A DNA stretch of 64,000 nucleotides from Ophelia neglecta (lineage: Eukaryota). Of the stretch, positions 36,601 through 50,340 are shown in pieces (position 1 is the stretch's first letter; each line of letters begins with the position of its first letter). Position numbers and translations under genes: made by a program. Location of the stretch: assembly GCA_965285935.1 (NCBI GenBank), contig OZ260662.1:79670001-79734000 (forward strand). Direction: 5' to 3'. The notes below the pieces were generated by a model, which was given only the letters and a program-made list of their open reading frames with translations, had not been told where the DNA came from and made no database searches.

Positions 36601-39600
36601 TCCTCTTCAGATAGGCCTATTGTTATTATTATAAATTATTCCAGACTAAAAAATAGTACTACGGGGAAGTTTCGAGAAGTGCTTTTATTTGGTTCCCTGC
36701 TCTCTTCAAGACACATGGTCAACATGAACCAAAAATAAATAAGATAATGCACCCTGACATTGGTCTAGGCTAGCCGGTTTGTTTCAGCCAGAGGGTTTCA
36801 ATGGAGTCTAACTACTAAACATGTATAACTATGTATCATAGCGTTACCATTGAATTGACCAAAAATTGATCAAACTTTTCTGTAGCTGTCTACTGGCAAG
36901 TATGTTTTAATTACAAAGCTGTCTACAAATAACTTAACTATATTCGTCTTGTTAGTATATAATTCAAACAAATAAAACAGTGTCGTAATTATCTGCAAGG
37001 ATTTCATTATTTATCAAGTCATCTAGGCCTACTCTTAATGTCTCATCTCTCGTGTCTTCCTCTTCGTAATAAGAAAGGTGTAAATATGTTTTACCTGAGA
37101 GCCCCGCTGAATAAACAAGCCGTGAACAAGCCCGGCACCCCAGGGACCGCCAGCCTGTCCATCACATACAGGGGTAAGAGCTGAAAAGATCAAATGTAAT
37201 TTCCAACTGACACTTAAAACCTATAAACCCCTTATACCATTATAAAACCGCTACTTATCTCAAGGAACATTACTGGTATTATTTTCAGGTTGCTAATTAT
37301 TTACAGATCTGTGCTTTTAAGGGAGGTAACATCTTACCAATGCAAGAAAAAATCAGAAAATTCTAAAGATGCTTTCTTACAAATCCCCAGTCACTAAAAA
37401 AGGTTGTTAAACTCATCGTTATTTTTAACCTGCACATGCATGTCATCTCAATAAGCTTATTTTTTGTAAGGGGCATTTCCGGAAAGAAATTGACGCACCT
37501 GGTCCATGGCAGCGATTCGATCAGATTTGATGGGATCACAGTCTCTATACTCGGCATACACCACCATACCACATAGACTACATATGGTCAGCAAGGCAGT
37601 TAGACCCAACAAATTGACCCAATAGGCTCTGAAGAGAAAATATTAAAACTCTGGGCAAATCGGTTCAAAACTGAATATCATTCCCTGCCATAGGCTCACT
37701 GTGCAACAACAATAACAATGTTTTTCTGGTAAAGTTTTTTTTAGAAATCGGCCAACTCATTCACCTGTTTCTTTATTTTACGTCCTATGGCAAATATTTA
37801 TACATAAGTATGATATTTTATTTGGGACACAATCGCTCTACATATAATATGCGTACGTACATCTGTGCTTCCCTGAGCGTGCGGACACAGAGAGCCCTCT
37901 GTACCTGTGCCTGGTTTGTGCCATAGGTAGACAACCAGGTAAAACAGCCTCCAAAAACCAGAGACCAGATAGTGTGACGAGTAAATGGACTAGGGTCAAA
38001 GCTGGAAGGCCACATGTCATATTGATTTACAAGGCATATTTAGATACATATCATCATAAAAATACATTTGAAATACGCAACATACTCGGTTCTTAAGTTT
38101 GAAATACGATATATTGTCGGTCTTAAACGCTGAGTACCGAGAAATATTGCTTTTGTTTGCTCTCTCATATATATGCATTATGGGAAATTATAAAGTCGGA
38201 GAACGTTTCGTTACATTCGTCCTCCTAACATTACGAACTCAAAATTAAAATCGCAGTTCAGTATCCAATATTTTGACCCCCTTAAAACAATTATTCCTCT
38301 CCTTAAAATAATATCAGTTTCAACCTTATTTATAACTAGTTCCAATACATTAATCATTATATTATTTCAACAAAAACAAGAATAAAGATAACGACATCTC
38401 ATAGGTGAGTGTGTTAATCCCCCAAACTACATAAACTTTTCATGACCGATATTCATAAAGCCTACTTTGAACCTGCCCTGCTCACAGTGGTAATAGTTAA
38501 GTTGCTCACTTACCAATAACTTAGGGTTTATTGACACATTGAGCAAGGTACTTTGAACCACGATGCTGTTACAATTCCGAACGTATACTGTCTATATCGG
38601 TTTATAACAACCCTTAAATTCGGAAGATCAAAGAAGATTTATTTTCGAAAGGAATTTACTCATTTATATGCCTACTTAAAGAATTCTATTCTTTCCCCCT
38701 CTTCCATGTACTGCCATATTCCTGAGAAGCCTTCCTGATCGAGAGAGCCTTGAATGAGAACAGCAAACAGACCCGCAAACATCAAGACAATTTGGAAAAC
38801 GTCTGTCCACATTACAGCTTTCATACCGCCCTACAGTAGAGAACAACACTATCAAATAGCATTACGTTAAGCCAAACCTGATTTGTTTTCGAACTTCAAC
38901 ACATTTACGGTCGTTTCATGCTTAAAGCAGCATGGGGGTCAATTTTTAGGCCCGTTTTTTGTTAGTTTTGAATATGCATATAGACATATTGATGTAAGAA
39001 AATAGGATTAGTGTCAAATAGGCCTATATTGTTTTTTTTTTCCAAATTCAGTATTGACAGAATAAAATCTTACTAATGCAGTGTAAAATGTGCAGACCAG
39101 TCCGACGGAAAACACCGACGCCCAAACATTGAGGCCAGTAACTGCCGGAAAAACAAATAGGTCATGACAAAGTATATTAGGCTACTTGGTGCGTTAAACA
39201 GAACTAACTTTACTGGCCTTACTTTATAAAACCTAACTTATGAGTATGAGTTAAGACTTTAATTATAGTTTAGGTTGTCGCTTCTGATTATCATTTCACC
39301 TCTTATTAATGTTTTTTAACAACTGGGGGCGATAGACCTACACGCAGTCAACATTACCGGAAAAATGATGGAATACAGTATATATACTGCAGCAAATCTT
39401 TAATAGAGTGGTGAAACATTAGAGGAATTTCCTAAATAATGTGTACAACGCAATTATTTTAACAATCACAGACATAGTCATCGTTGAAATAAAACCGACC
39501 GCTCGCATCACTGATAGAAAACAGTTAGGATAAGAGGCTAAACCGTAAAGCCTAAATTATGAGTAATGAGTGTGGGAAGACAATACTTTAAAGTTATAGC

Positions 39601-41130
39601 CTATACTTACCAACATTGAGCGCAAGGGAGGGAGTGTATAAAACTATCGCCATGTAGAGAATCTACCAAATAAACTTAACAATTATTAGTTCTGTTTTTA
39701 TTCAAGTTATTCAATTACAAGGGAAATGCTTGATTCTTATCAAAATGAAGGTGATGAATACTGATGGATATTTCCGGAACAAAAACAAGCGTGAAAAGGG
39801 GAAAACATACTGACCATCTGGATAATATAGACGACGGAGGCAATCGTTCTCACACCTTTACTAAATCTTAGTTCCAGATACTGTCACAAAATATTCATAA
39901 GTTAATCAGTTCTAGGCCGCAATAAACTTGTCTATAATCGGGGACATTTTCTTGTTTCAAACAATACCATTAACTTTATATTTATATTATAGTACTTGTT
40001 CGAGATGAAAACTTCGAAGTCGTGCAATGTCCTTGACTTTAATTTGACCTACCTCGAAGACGCTTATGATTTTCAGCTTGAAGAAAACGGGCAAAAAGAC
40101 ATGTGCGGCTAAAGGTATCATGATACAGTAACCAAGCCAAATCATCCAGTACTGTGTCCCGTAGACGTAAATCTCCGCCGGGGTCCCTAACAGGGTAATG
40201 GCGGACATAAAAGAGGCGAGCATGGACAAGGAAACGGGAAAGATACTCATCTGACGGTCAGCCATCAGAAACTCTGAGGTCGTCTTCTGTCGGCCACCTG
40301 ACAGGGGAGATCATAAATGTAGATCTATATAGATGTGAAATTATACCATCTATACAACACTTTAAATTGCTTTATATACCGTATACCATTTTAGAGGTCA
40401 TTTTATAAGCTGATCCTTTTTTTTATACCAGCCAAATAAAGTCTGGAGACTTTCCTTTTTAAGACACTGACAAACCCTGTTTAAGGCCTCAAACAAAATA
40501 CCATTCTATAAGAAAACTACATTTAAAATTAGTGGTGTTACCAATGAAATAAAACAAATCGAACAAATATAGAAATTAGCGAATTATATTGCTCGTCAGA
40601 GTACTAGCTGTATATTTAGATTTATAAGGGAGTATAGAGAGAGTTTGCCATCTTTGCATTCTTATCACTATTGAGGATTAAAAAAGTGTTACTTTAATTC
40701 TGAACTCTACGTGGACAATTGAAATAATAAACTGGCGACGTGCTTAACTCTTTTATCGCCAATTATTGATCCTCAATAATTATTTATGTAGGGAACGCTA
40801 GGTTTATCCCGAGTTCATATTTGCATAAAATAGAAGTCATTGTAATGTTCATAGAAATTTCAAAACTAATTAAGTCACATCATGGAGTCAGTTTCCAAAC
40901 TTTATTATTACTTTGGTGACAACTAGGCCCACTGGGCCGAGTGCCATTTTTAACGCCTTGGAAATATATTTTTTTATGACTGTACATGTCACAACAATAA
41001 ATAATTGATTTACTAACTTATTTTACTTACCCGTGCATCCGTAGAATACGCCTATCCCTGCGGATATGACTAAGGACAGAGTAAACACTACGTAATCCCA
41101 GGGGCTGAATCTGTTCGTCGAAACTGCCAT
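33650..41130 (-). CDS. Sodium:solute symporter, SLC5A6/A8/A12 (SMVT/SMCT) clade, ~16 exons
   Basis: ATG 41130 [16 protein letters not shown]; [17 protein letters not shown]...[26 protein letters not shown]; [11 protein letters not shown]; [14 protein letters not shown]; [13 protein letters not shown]; [13 protein letters not shown]...[10 protein letters not shown]; [29 protein letters not shown]; [19 protein letters not shown]; stop TGA at 33650-33652. Approximate exons: 41032-41130, 40050-40300, 39814-39881, 39611-39663, 39074-39143, 38675-38831, 37859-38002, 37500-37629, 37095-37181, 36471-36586, 36118-36186, 35751-35837, 35395-35587, 35033-35115, 33949-34063, 33650-33778. Confidence 0.9.
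35951..36027. mobile_element. ~77-bp palindromic MITE, copy 1 (SLC5 intron)
   Basis: TGCCCTGTGCACAGTGGTAATA...TATTGTTACTGTGGGCAGGGCA; homologous copy at 38474-38550. Confidence 0.65.
38474..38550. mobile_element. ~77-bp palindromic MITE, copy 2 (SLC5 intron)
   Basis: TGCCCTGCTCACAGTGGTAATAGTTA...CTCACT.AC.AATAACTT.GG..TTATTG...TGAGCAAGGTA, colinear with copy 1. Confidence 0.65.
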
Positions 41131-44100
41131 GTTTAACACGGGTGTACAGCGAAGCCTAGCAAGTTACAGATGGTGGATTTATATCTGATGGTACTCAGTC
41201 CATATTTGTAGTGTAGCCATTTTACTTTAGTGCTATATCAAAGACAAGAGCCTGAAACACAGCATTTGTGATAAATTAGGTAGATCTACGTATTATAAAC
41301 CTCCTAAAGTTGCTATTAATATTGTATCCGCATTTCCTTCTGGGCTTATTGTGATTTAGCGAATTAGTTTTGCATGAAAAAAAAATAATGTGAGTTGTCT
41401 CGTCATGTTAAACTACGCAGAGAATGACAATGAACGGGGCACCCAACAATAAACCGCTGTGGTCATTTTAGTTGACCAAAAATACCATGAGTTGCAGATA
41501 TGCATATAATGCATGGGATTAGAAAACACGCCTGTTTAAAAATTGCCTGTTCTTCTGTGCCAGACAGCTATTTTCTATTTTCCCTGCAGCGCACACTGTA
41601 TGTTTATAATAATGTTATTAAAAATATAGGCATATGCATTTTTATAATAATTGAAAAGGTTACTTCATATATAGGCAAATAACTTCGTGATATAGGTCAG
41701 AATTGGCGTAAGGTATAATCATGTTTATACTTTTATATGAATTTATATGCATATATATAGCAAGGCCTACGTCTTTATTGTTGATATATTGAGAACCAAC
41801 CAAGAATGCTAACTAACGTTATTGCTCTTGTAGAATTATTTTGCCAGCAAGCTATACTAAAAGTGACACTGGAGCAGATGTCCGTTAGATGTGTTTAGAT
41901 AGCAAGGGTGCCTTCTAAATATTCACCACTTTTACAATATTTAGATCGAAAGTTAAAAGGTAGCAAGCCGGATAGCATTGGACAATAATTAGGTCGATAC
42001 ACCGAATGTATTTTTCACAGCTACAATGTATACATGCCGGGAGAACTCATAGTATTCAGGTGCCATAGAAACGGAATGGTCACGAGCCAATATTGATAAC
42101 ATATTTAGATTAATTATTCTGTACGTGTATACTGGTATTGAGGCCTATTGCACAAGACAAGTGATCGTGATTTTAAGTACGGTGTTCTTGTCGGTTCGCA
42201 CAGGTATGATCGGACATTCGTACATATAAAACCACGTTATTTAATATTTGTTAAACACGCAGTTAATGCTGCACTCACTTTATTTATTTTGTTGCCTGTT
42301 TCTGTCAGTTACCTATCCCAAGAACACACGACATGGTAGCATATCTCCACAAAATCATTTAACCAGCAAAACAACAAATAATGCAAATCAATGCAATCCG
42401 TTTCTGGAATACTACAGTATTCAAATTGTCATGACTGTTGCAGCGTAAGAAGACGGTGAATGTATGTCACCTTCTTTTGTGCGACTTGTATTGCCCTGAC
42501 TCGACCCAGATTATAGAATTCTGTTCCTATATAGAGAACGCGTCTCTGGGCAAATGTATTAAGTAACGTTAGCAAAATTCGTGGTGTTCTGCATGGATGA
42601 ATTCCACTGTTTTCACGATGAGAGACTGGTTCATGTTGCTTAGCTGTACACTCTTTCAATTCTTTACATGTAAGATCTTAAAGATAGCCTATATTAAGCT
42701 TAATTGCACGATATTTTGGCTAGGCGGCAATGTGTGAACATAAGGTACAACCAGAAATAGCAAACTCACCAAACTGTCCTCATAATATGAACGTTTTAAA
42801 AAGAGAATTAACAGCTCACGGGAAGTTATTAAAACGAATTGAACTTGCAGCATTCAGAAATTATTAATATGCTTCATTACAGCACATGTCATGATAATAT
42901 ATCTAGCTGAATATATAAATCCGCTATTCGTACAAGCTCTAATCTTCTACATTTGAACCTTTTGGACTTAGAAGAAAGTGAAGGATTTTTACATGTGCAC
43001 AAGTTAAGGTCGCATTCAATACTTTTTGACGGATTATATTGCGAGGTAAAGAATTCCCAGAGCACAATGCAGGTACTAACCTATCTAATTCTGCACACAT
43101 ATAAATGCAGGTTAGCAGATGAAGTCTTTAAATTCACATAATATTAGTTTAAAGTTACCGTATTTACAGGATCCTTATTTTTCAAATGAAAAAACCCATG
43201 GATGGTATTGATAGGAAACGTTAAAAAACAGCTGTTCAAGCCAGTTACATCTGATACTTTTAAATGTGTCGTATCCTGGTCATAAGCCATATAGAAATGA
43301 TTTATCGAACATGCCTTGTTAGTCTCTTAAACCTATGATCTTTTTTTGCAGGGGAAGGGTTATATTTTCGTCTATGAATGAATTTTGTACCAGAAGTCTC
43401 CATAAGTGACAGTCCGCAAACAAAATACGACGTTATTTCGTGGGCCTAACTATGGATACCGTTAAATCAACATTAGTGTATACCATTCATACATATATGC
43501 TATCAATAGTGCCATGAATTTTAAAACCATGTAAGGCTGCAGAGAAAAAAAGATTTGAACATTTGTAAGTCATTACTTCAAAGTAGTTTTTCACTGACCT
43601 TCTTTTGTTGAAAAAAATGTGAGCAAATGAAACAAATCGACCAGCTAGAAAAAAATGCAGATAGGTAGTTACTTCTCACTAGAAACATTTCCAAATTAGA
43701 TTTAAAATGGTTTATATCAATACCCTTATTAATTAAAAGAAAGATTTTATATCTGACATACCATTCTCTTACCATATACTTGTACATCCGACAGAAAATA
43801 AAACCCTCAAAATGAGCTAATGTAGGACAAACACACCTCACAAATAAAACCGAAAATAAAATTATGAAGACATAAATAACATCAGGCATCTCTTCTTATT
43901 CAAAATTCCAGGACATTTTACATAGATAAAGTCACAAGAGCAAAATGTCCCTTAAAGACAACGTTATTCAAACATGAATTAAAGTACCATTTCAACAGTT
44001 ATTAATATATTTTTATTGAAATATAGCACTAAATAAATTACCATAGACAAGAATTATCCTTTTCCCCAGTACCCTTGTATATATATATGTTAAACTTCAT

Positions 44101-47100
44101 AGGTCAAAATGTCAATAAAAAAAAGTAGGTCATTCGTTAAATGGACGGGTATTGATTGAACTTGTTTTGACGACGCCATATATGGCTACTGCAGTTGGTT
44201 AATTTGGCTTATTTTGCTCATTGTCTAATTTTGCTCAAAATTTTGTTTCATTAATAACTTAAAATTCAAAGGCTTATACGCTATTCTTTAGGGTTTCTTT
44301 TTTAAATATACTAATATCACTTGGCCTAAAAGGCTTTTTCAACATCAGCTAACATGAAACTCCTTTAACAGGTAGGTTATAATTATGGTACATATATAAA
44401 ACACCAGAGGGAGACAAAAAAAGGTCGGAGAAAGAAGAATAAATTGCTAATAAAATGAAACTTGTCTCATTAATTTGCTTTAATACTGATCTATACAGAG
44501 CTTATGGTGCATCTGTCCAAAACAACTAACAAAGTCAACTATTTTAGATAGAATCGAGAACTTGTGAACATTATGTCCATTGCTTAAATGTGTTCATTCC
44601 AAGATGGCCGATGTTAAATGGGTTAATCGGATAAAAATGTCTTTAGAATTCAAAAAGGAGCGACCTGAAGTTTTGTCTAAGCCAATAAATAGGGCATATA
44701 TTTATATATACACCTATATTGTTTTTTAAAAGCCCCTTATGGGGATCTCGGCACATCTTTAGACCTATGTGCCCCTTCATGGGCCAAATATGAAATTGTT
44801 ACTATGGTGTGCGACCCTAAGGTTATATATCCCCTCGATAAAGACAATTATCGTATGTCTCCTGGCTAAATTGGATTTGTTTAATGGAATAAACTACAGG
44901 CAGTCCTTGCACACAATGTTATCGACCGACTTTATGTAGGTAACCTAGACCGTTGATTATACGGTTCTCTAGATAAAAGTGAAGGAATGTTGTCATTAAC
45001 GCTATGTAGCCATAATGATATGTATAAAGATGGATAAAAATTAAGGTTAATCTTATGCCGTGGACTTTTTTATCCGATCAATACCAATGCAAATTGAGTT
45101 TATGATGTATAAGCACGAAATGTAATGTAATGTGTAAATATATGCTACCAATGGCGAGAAAAAATCTAGAATATTTATTCTAATTTTAATTGCATCTGAT
45201 TTGATCGTGATTATCGATCAAAGATGATGCCAGCAGACGTTCTAATCAGCTTCGTCCTAGAAGGTATACTACCCTGAAATTGACACTACGACTGGTAGCG
45301 GAGTGATGATTACTTTAGATTTTTCATCGCGTGCCAGTCCCGGCACATGTGTTGTTTTGCCAATTCTGTAATGTTTCCGTTCCAGCCCTGGTTGCGGATG
45401 GGTTTACATTGTAATCTTGAAATTATACGCGGTACAGGCTGACATCTCCAAACCTTCTACAGGCTGATGGACGCTAGCAAATTGGCGCCGTGGAAAAAGC
45501 GATCGTACACTATTATTTTTGGAGAAATTCGCACTCAGTCTCAGCTTTTTCTCTACAAGTAGGCTAGTCTAGTAACCTACTTGCCTATTTTGGATTCATG
45601 GCGGTTTTCTTGAACATATGTCATCTAACGTTGGCATGTGTTATACAGCCTGAGGGTACTATTGAAGGCTTTTGATCTTTATCATTCGGCTGGCATAAGA
45701 ATCAAAAGGCTAATCGAGAGTTTTGATACGAGCTTTTGTGAGAAAAATACAATATGTACAGAGATATACGAAATATAAAGTGGGTTTGGAAAGGGCAGGG
45801 TAGAGGAATATGGACCATGGTAAGACCCCAGCATGCCCATACAGATGGGCCTTTCTCGTGCCGACCACGGTTAAAGTCTACGGCAATGAGGCCTCGTCGC
45901 GTTCAAATATTTGAGCTCGAGTTTCGACGTTCGGCTATTACAATCATTGAAAACACGTTTAAAAATCGACGTTAAAAATCGAGAGCTGTAGTAAAATCAT
46001 ATCAAGCGAAGCACGGAGGCTCCCCTATTTCAGGAGACACATGTGTACCCCACTTTCTTGTCGAAGTTCACGAACCTATAGAAGTAAGCAGGCTGTGCGG
46101 AGTCTTGGGTATCACACCTGGATCGAAGCGCGGGCAAGGCGCTGAGACCAACCTGAACGGGGGTGTGCCAAGCCGCACGTCTCAAAACCCTGCCCCAAAG
46201 TGCAAATTACAAGGGCATATATTTTGACACTGCGCGTCGTTGAGAGGCTGTTTCGGACTCATCACAAAATGGGACCCACATTTATACAATATCAAGATTA
46301 TCTTAGCGTTACATTTCCAAATATGCAGACATCTCGGAAAAATGTACCCTTACCTTAGACTATTGGATCTTTCTGCGACTAAGACAAGTATCTACAGAGA
46401 AAATGTTTCACAAAATTACCGTTTCTGGAGACATAAGTCCGTTATGCCCCTTACATCCCCATACACACACACACACATACCCAGTATTGATGAAAATGGC
46501 AGGGCCCAAGATTGATTGATTCACCGTTGGAATAGTCTCTTTGTTGATTACCTCATCTCTCATATCGCATCCGACAAATCAATTATATAGTCCTTTGTTC
46601 AGCTAATATACTTGTTCATGCATGGGTGGAGTATTTCTATCCGCGTTTCGGTCGAATCATCCAATGTTTTATTTCTATTCCAAAAAATTAATTATTCATT
46701 TTCCCTGAACATGTATAGGAATAATTTGTACTGATACAATTTAGATAGGCCTATTTAAATTACACTAACGAATATTTCAATGCTAATCAATTTAATCAAG
46801 AGCTAGAAGTTTATATTACCGATTATTTTGTGCAATACTTTCTGCTAGAACTTTCACTGGAACTCACGACATCTTCAAAAAGTCGTCTCTCAATCATTAA
46901 GAAAGATATTACATCGGGCTACCTTATAAGTGTATATGTATAATATTATATAATGTGACCGGCACAACACGATTGTTTCGGGGACTGCCCTCCAGGTAAA
47001 AGCGGACATAATTATGATAGTTAACAAAAAGTAAAAGTTCCCTTTTTCTAATGGTTTCTGGTAAAAAAAAAATCACCCCCTTTTTTCGGGATAACGCTAA

Positions 47101-47436
47101 TTATTCAACTTTAAAAAGACGCCTTTTTTCAAAGACAATGACTTTTCCAACAGTTACTCATTAAGGTGAGGGAAGGCAAATGCTTAATAATTCATTGAGA
47201 CCTAGTGACTCGATTAGACAAAAAAAACATTAACATTCTGAAAACAACCATCATGGACACCTTCTGGCCCCCGATTGCCTGTTGGAATCAGGAGCCTTTG
47301 TCGACTTGCGAAATGGACGAAAAAATACCAATTTTCACGAAATTGGAAACAATCATGCATACCAATTTGCTCAGGAAGCGCACAGCCAAGGACGACACAC
47401 ACAAATAGGGCCATTTACTTGGTACTTTGATCATAC

Positions 47437-47449
47437 CCCCCCCCCCCCC

Positions 47450-47511
<62 letters not shown>
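47437..47511. repeat. poly-C followed by (CT)n microsatellite
   Basis: Directly visible; it explains the spurious SLSL/RERE ORFs. Confidence 0.95.
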
Positions 47512-47514
<3 letters not shown>

Positions 47515-48791
47515 CATTGAGCCATCTACTCTCGTTATCCATCAAGGACGTAAGCCGACGAAACCACGCTGCCACCTCATCGATTTTCAAGGCTTTTTGT
47601 GCTTCCACCAGCAATACAGTAATTTCGTTCTGCCTCAAGCCAACAGCCCGAGCTTTGTTGGAACAGTGTCGTCTGCATTCGAGGAGATCATATACTTTAC
47701 TCAATAGGAGGGAATTGTCGACATTCGAAATACTATCGGTGCTCGATTAAAATTGATTCTAGCATATTATTTGATAACGTTACATGAGCATATACATTGT
47801 ATCACAGACTCCTGTGCACATGGCCACTGCTACTTGTTCACGCACACGTTCAGTCCTTGATACGGTATACACAATGTTACGCTATTCTTCAATTCTTCAA
47901 GCAAAACAGCTTCTCTCGTTTGATGAGACGGAGTCGTTGTAACGCTAGGACACCACATCATGGTAAGATCGATTTTACAATTTGATTTTACTGGTCTCCA
48001 ATAATCATTTTGTCCCGTGCGCCTAAGGCAATTTGTGAAATTGCATCTCAAAACGTATCGGCTCTTAATTATATTACAGGTGGTCAAATCGAATATTTTC
48101 AATGGACTATATAATTATAGCGTTACGTTTTCAGCCAGTTAATAATATGTAACTACATGTTTAGCATGTGGCCACCATTTCTCGGAGTTTGTTTTGGGAC
48201 TCAAGAAAATATTATCGCATCTTGATTGGAACGTTTGGCAGATCTCTTGAACGACTCATATTCTTTAAACTTGAGAGAGTTTTTCGAATCCAAGGCTGAA
48301 TTTGATTAAAAAAAATACCAGAAATTGTCCTCGGGGTGGGATGGGTGGGTGGGGTCGGGGTGGTTACTTACCCCAAGAAGATTTTTAACCCATTTTACGC
48401 TACATTATATCTCTCCAGTGTAATGGCCAATGTCTAAAGCTGAAACACTGGGTACACTGGCAGGTATTTGAGTCATAACTCACGTGCTTTTTTGTCTTAT
48501 GTATAATTCAATATGGAATGACTTTTTATGTATGGTTGAAGACATAATGGCAGCTTTTTGGATATATATAAACATGTATTCGACCTCCGACCTATAATAT
48601 GTGTGTGCAAATTATCAATAAACCAAATATCGATAACTATGAGTTGGATCTACGAGAATTTAATTTCGTGTTCCTTGGGAGCTTTCTAATTGGTCACCGA
48701 TGAACCATTGGTAATGTGAATACTTCCCAGTAGGTCCTTTACTCGAGTATAAGCGTGTCAACTGAACCTGCTGGTTTTCTATTCTCTGCAG

Positions 48792-49949
48792 ATGATGAGT
48801 ACGACCAGATGGAGAATGGCGATAAACAGACTTGCCACCTGCGATCTCCAGCGTTATTTTAACATCATCGCTTTCATTCAATTGGTTGGTCTGATATTCT
48901 CAATCATTCGAATAAACAATGGCCTGGCGACGGTTTCCAATCAGTCCAAGGGCAGGGGGAATTTCTCGCAGCGACCGCTGAACCTACACCCGCTGAAAGC
49001 TTGTGAATGGTCTGACAAAATCACTGACCCTGTCTACGCGGGTCCCCCTAAGTCTACATATCCATGGGTCTCTTCTCACAAACTGCCAAGAACCCTCACT
49101 AATGGCGAGTACGAACAATACATTAATTTGTTGGGAGCTACGGCTATTATTCTCAGTCAAGCCAATGTAACGTATGTGATGGGATATGGCACTTTGATGG
49201 GATCTTACGTCATGCACGACCTGGTACCCTGGGGCGATGATGCCGCCATCATGATCAAAACAACGGATGTGCTGAAAGTGATTAACGTGTTTAAAAACGA
49301 ATCTCTACGTAAACGATTTAATATCACGGGGTTTTATAATCCTACAGATACTTTCACAAAAGCAGCGCTTAAAAGTTCGACCGATGGAATGAACTTAGCA
49401 AATGAATGGAGAAAGATAAAAAAGACCATGCAAGAAACAAGTTTAGCGGAATTGTCAGATTTAGATTACTTTCTGAACTTCAAAATATGTTTCGTTGAAG
49501 GTGGAAAACACATTGGTAAGAAGTCTTTGAAATGGCCGGTTATCGGTGTAAATTACTTCTTAGAAAATGATTCGCATGTTTGGTACTTGGATTCTCGCGC
49601 CAAATTGATCACTTTTACTCGAGATTCGTTCTACCCTGTGTACTATCGTCCTTTGGGTCGACTCCGACTGCCGGCTCCGTATGATACTGCCTCTGTCTTA
49701 CGCCAGGAATACGGGAGGTTCCATTGCCAGACATCGCGCTGGAACAACAGGCTGGAAGTAGGGAGGCGGAAATCGTCAGCGAAGTGTTCGTCATTGAGAA
49801 ATGTCTACCCGTTTGTCCGAAGACAAATGATTGATAACAATATTATTGTGGAAAGGAAAATGATTGGTCTAAAATCCTATAGTACTTTCTGTCGAAAGAG
49901 GGGGTCTTTCACGTCTAAAACGTCATCTGAACCGCAATGGGGATTTTAA
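48792..49949 (+). CDS. LicD/fukutin-family nucleotidyltransferase-fold protein, type II membrane anchor, single exon
   Basis: 385-aa ORF; N-terminal hydrophobic anchor YFNIIAFIQLVGLIFSII; YVMGYGTLMGSYVMHDLVPWGDD resembles LicD GTLLG...IPWDDDxD; KWPVIGVNYF; FYPVYYRPLGRLRLPAP...L..EYG...C; C..L...YPFV. Confidence 0.8.
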   Translation: MMSTTRWRMAINRLATCDLQRYFNIIAFIQLVGLIFSIIRINNGLATVSNQSKGRGNFSQRPLNLHPLKACEWSDKITDPVYAGPPKSTYPWVSSHKLPRTLTNGEYEQYINLLGATAIILSQANVTYVMGYGTLMGSYVMHDLVPWGDDAAIMIKTTDVLKVINVFKNESLRKRFNITGFYNPTDTFTKAALKSSTDGMNLANEWRKIKKTMQETSLAELSDLDYFLNFKICFVEGGKHIGKKSLKWPVIGVNYFLENDSHVWYLDSRAKLITFTRDSFYPVYYRPLGRLRLPAPYDTASVLRQEYGRFHCQTSRWNNRLEVGRRKSSAKCSSLRNVYPFVRRQMIDNNIIVERKMIGLKSYSTFCRKRGSFTSKTSSEPQWGF

Positions 49950-50340
49950 ATAGGGTGACAAACAAGTCTACAAGGCATCTGAATAGGAATGGGGATGTTA
50001 CATAAGGTGCCGAACACGCCAAACACATTATCCTAACTGGTAGGGAGTTTGAATAGGCTGTCTAGCTCGTCCAACACAGTCATCATCTGAACCGAACCTG
50101 GTTTTTAATAGCATGTCTAACACACCTTACACATCATCTAAACCGGACTGAGTTTTTTAATACGGTGTCTAAATACCTCTAACACAGCATCTAAACAAGA
50201 ATGAGGATTTTTTTTAAATAGTTGTCTAACACGTCTTACACTTACAAACCAGGATGTCTGGCAAGTCTAAAGCATCTTGTGAACCGCGATGGGGGCTTTA
50301 AATAGGGTGTCTAGCAAACTTAACTCACCATCTCAACCTG
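49909..50340 (+). repeat. Diverged ~50-bp minisatellite, about 8 units, overlapping the LicD stop codon
   Basis: Recurrent GTCTAACAC...CATCTGAACCG.AATGGGGATTTTAAATAGGGT-like units. Confidence 0.75.

Noticed and set aside
45150-47440. Short ORFs and repeat-like fragments between SLC5 and LicD
   Set aside because: No protein motifs and no definable ends; likely old MITE debris.
47282-47707. 141-aa ORF with SLSL run (and RERE run on the opposite strand)
   Set aside because: Length inflated by the (CT)n microsatellite.
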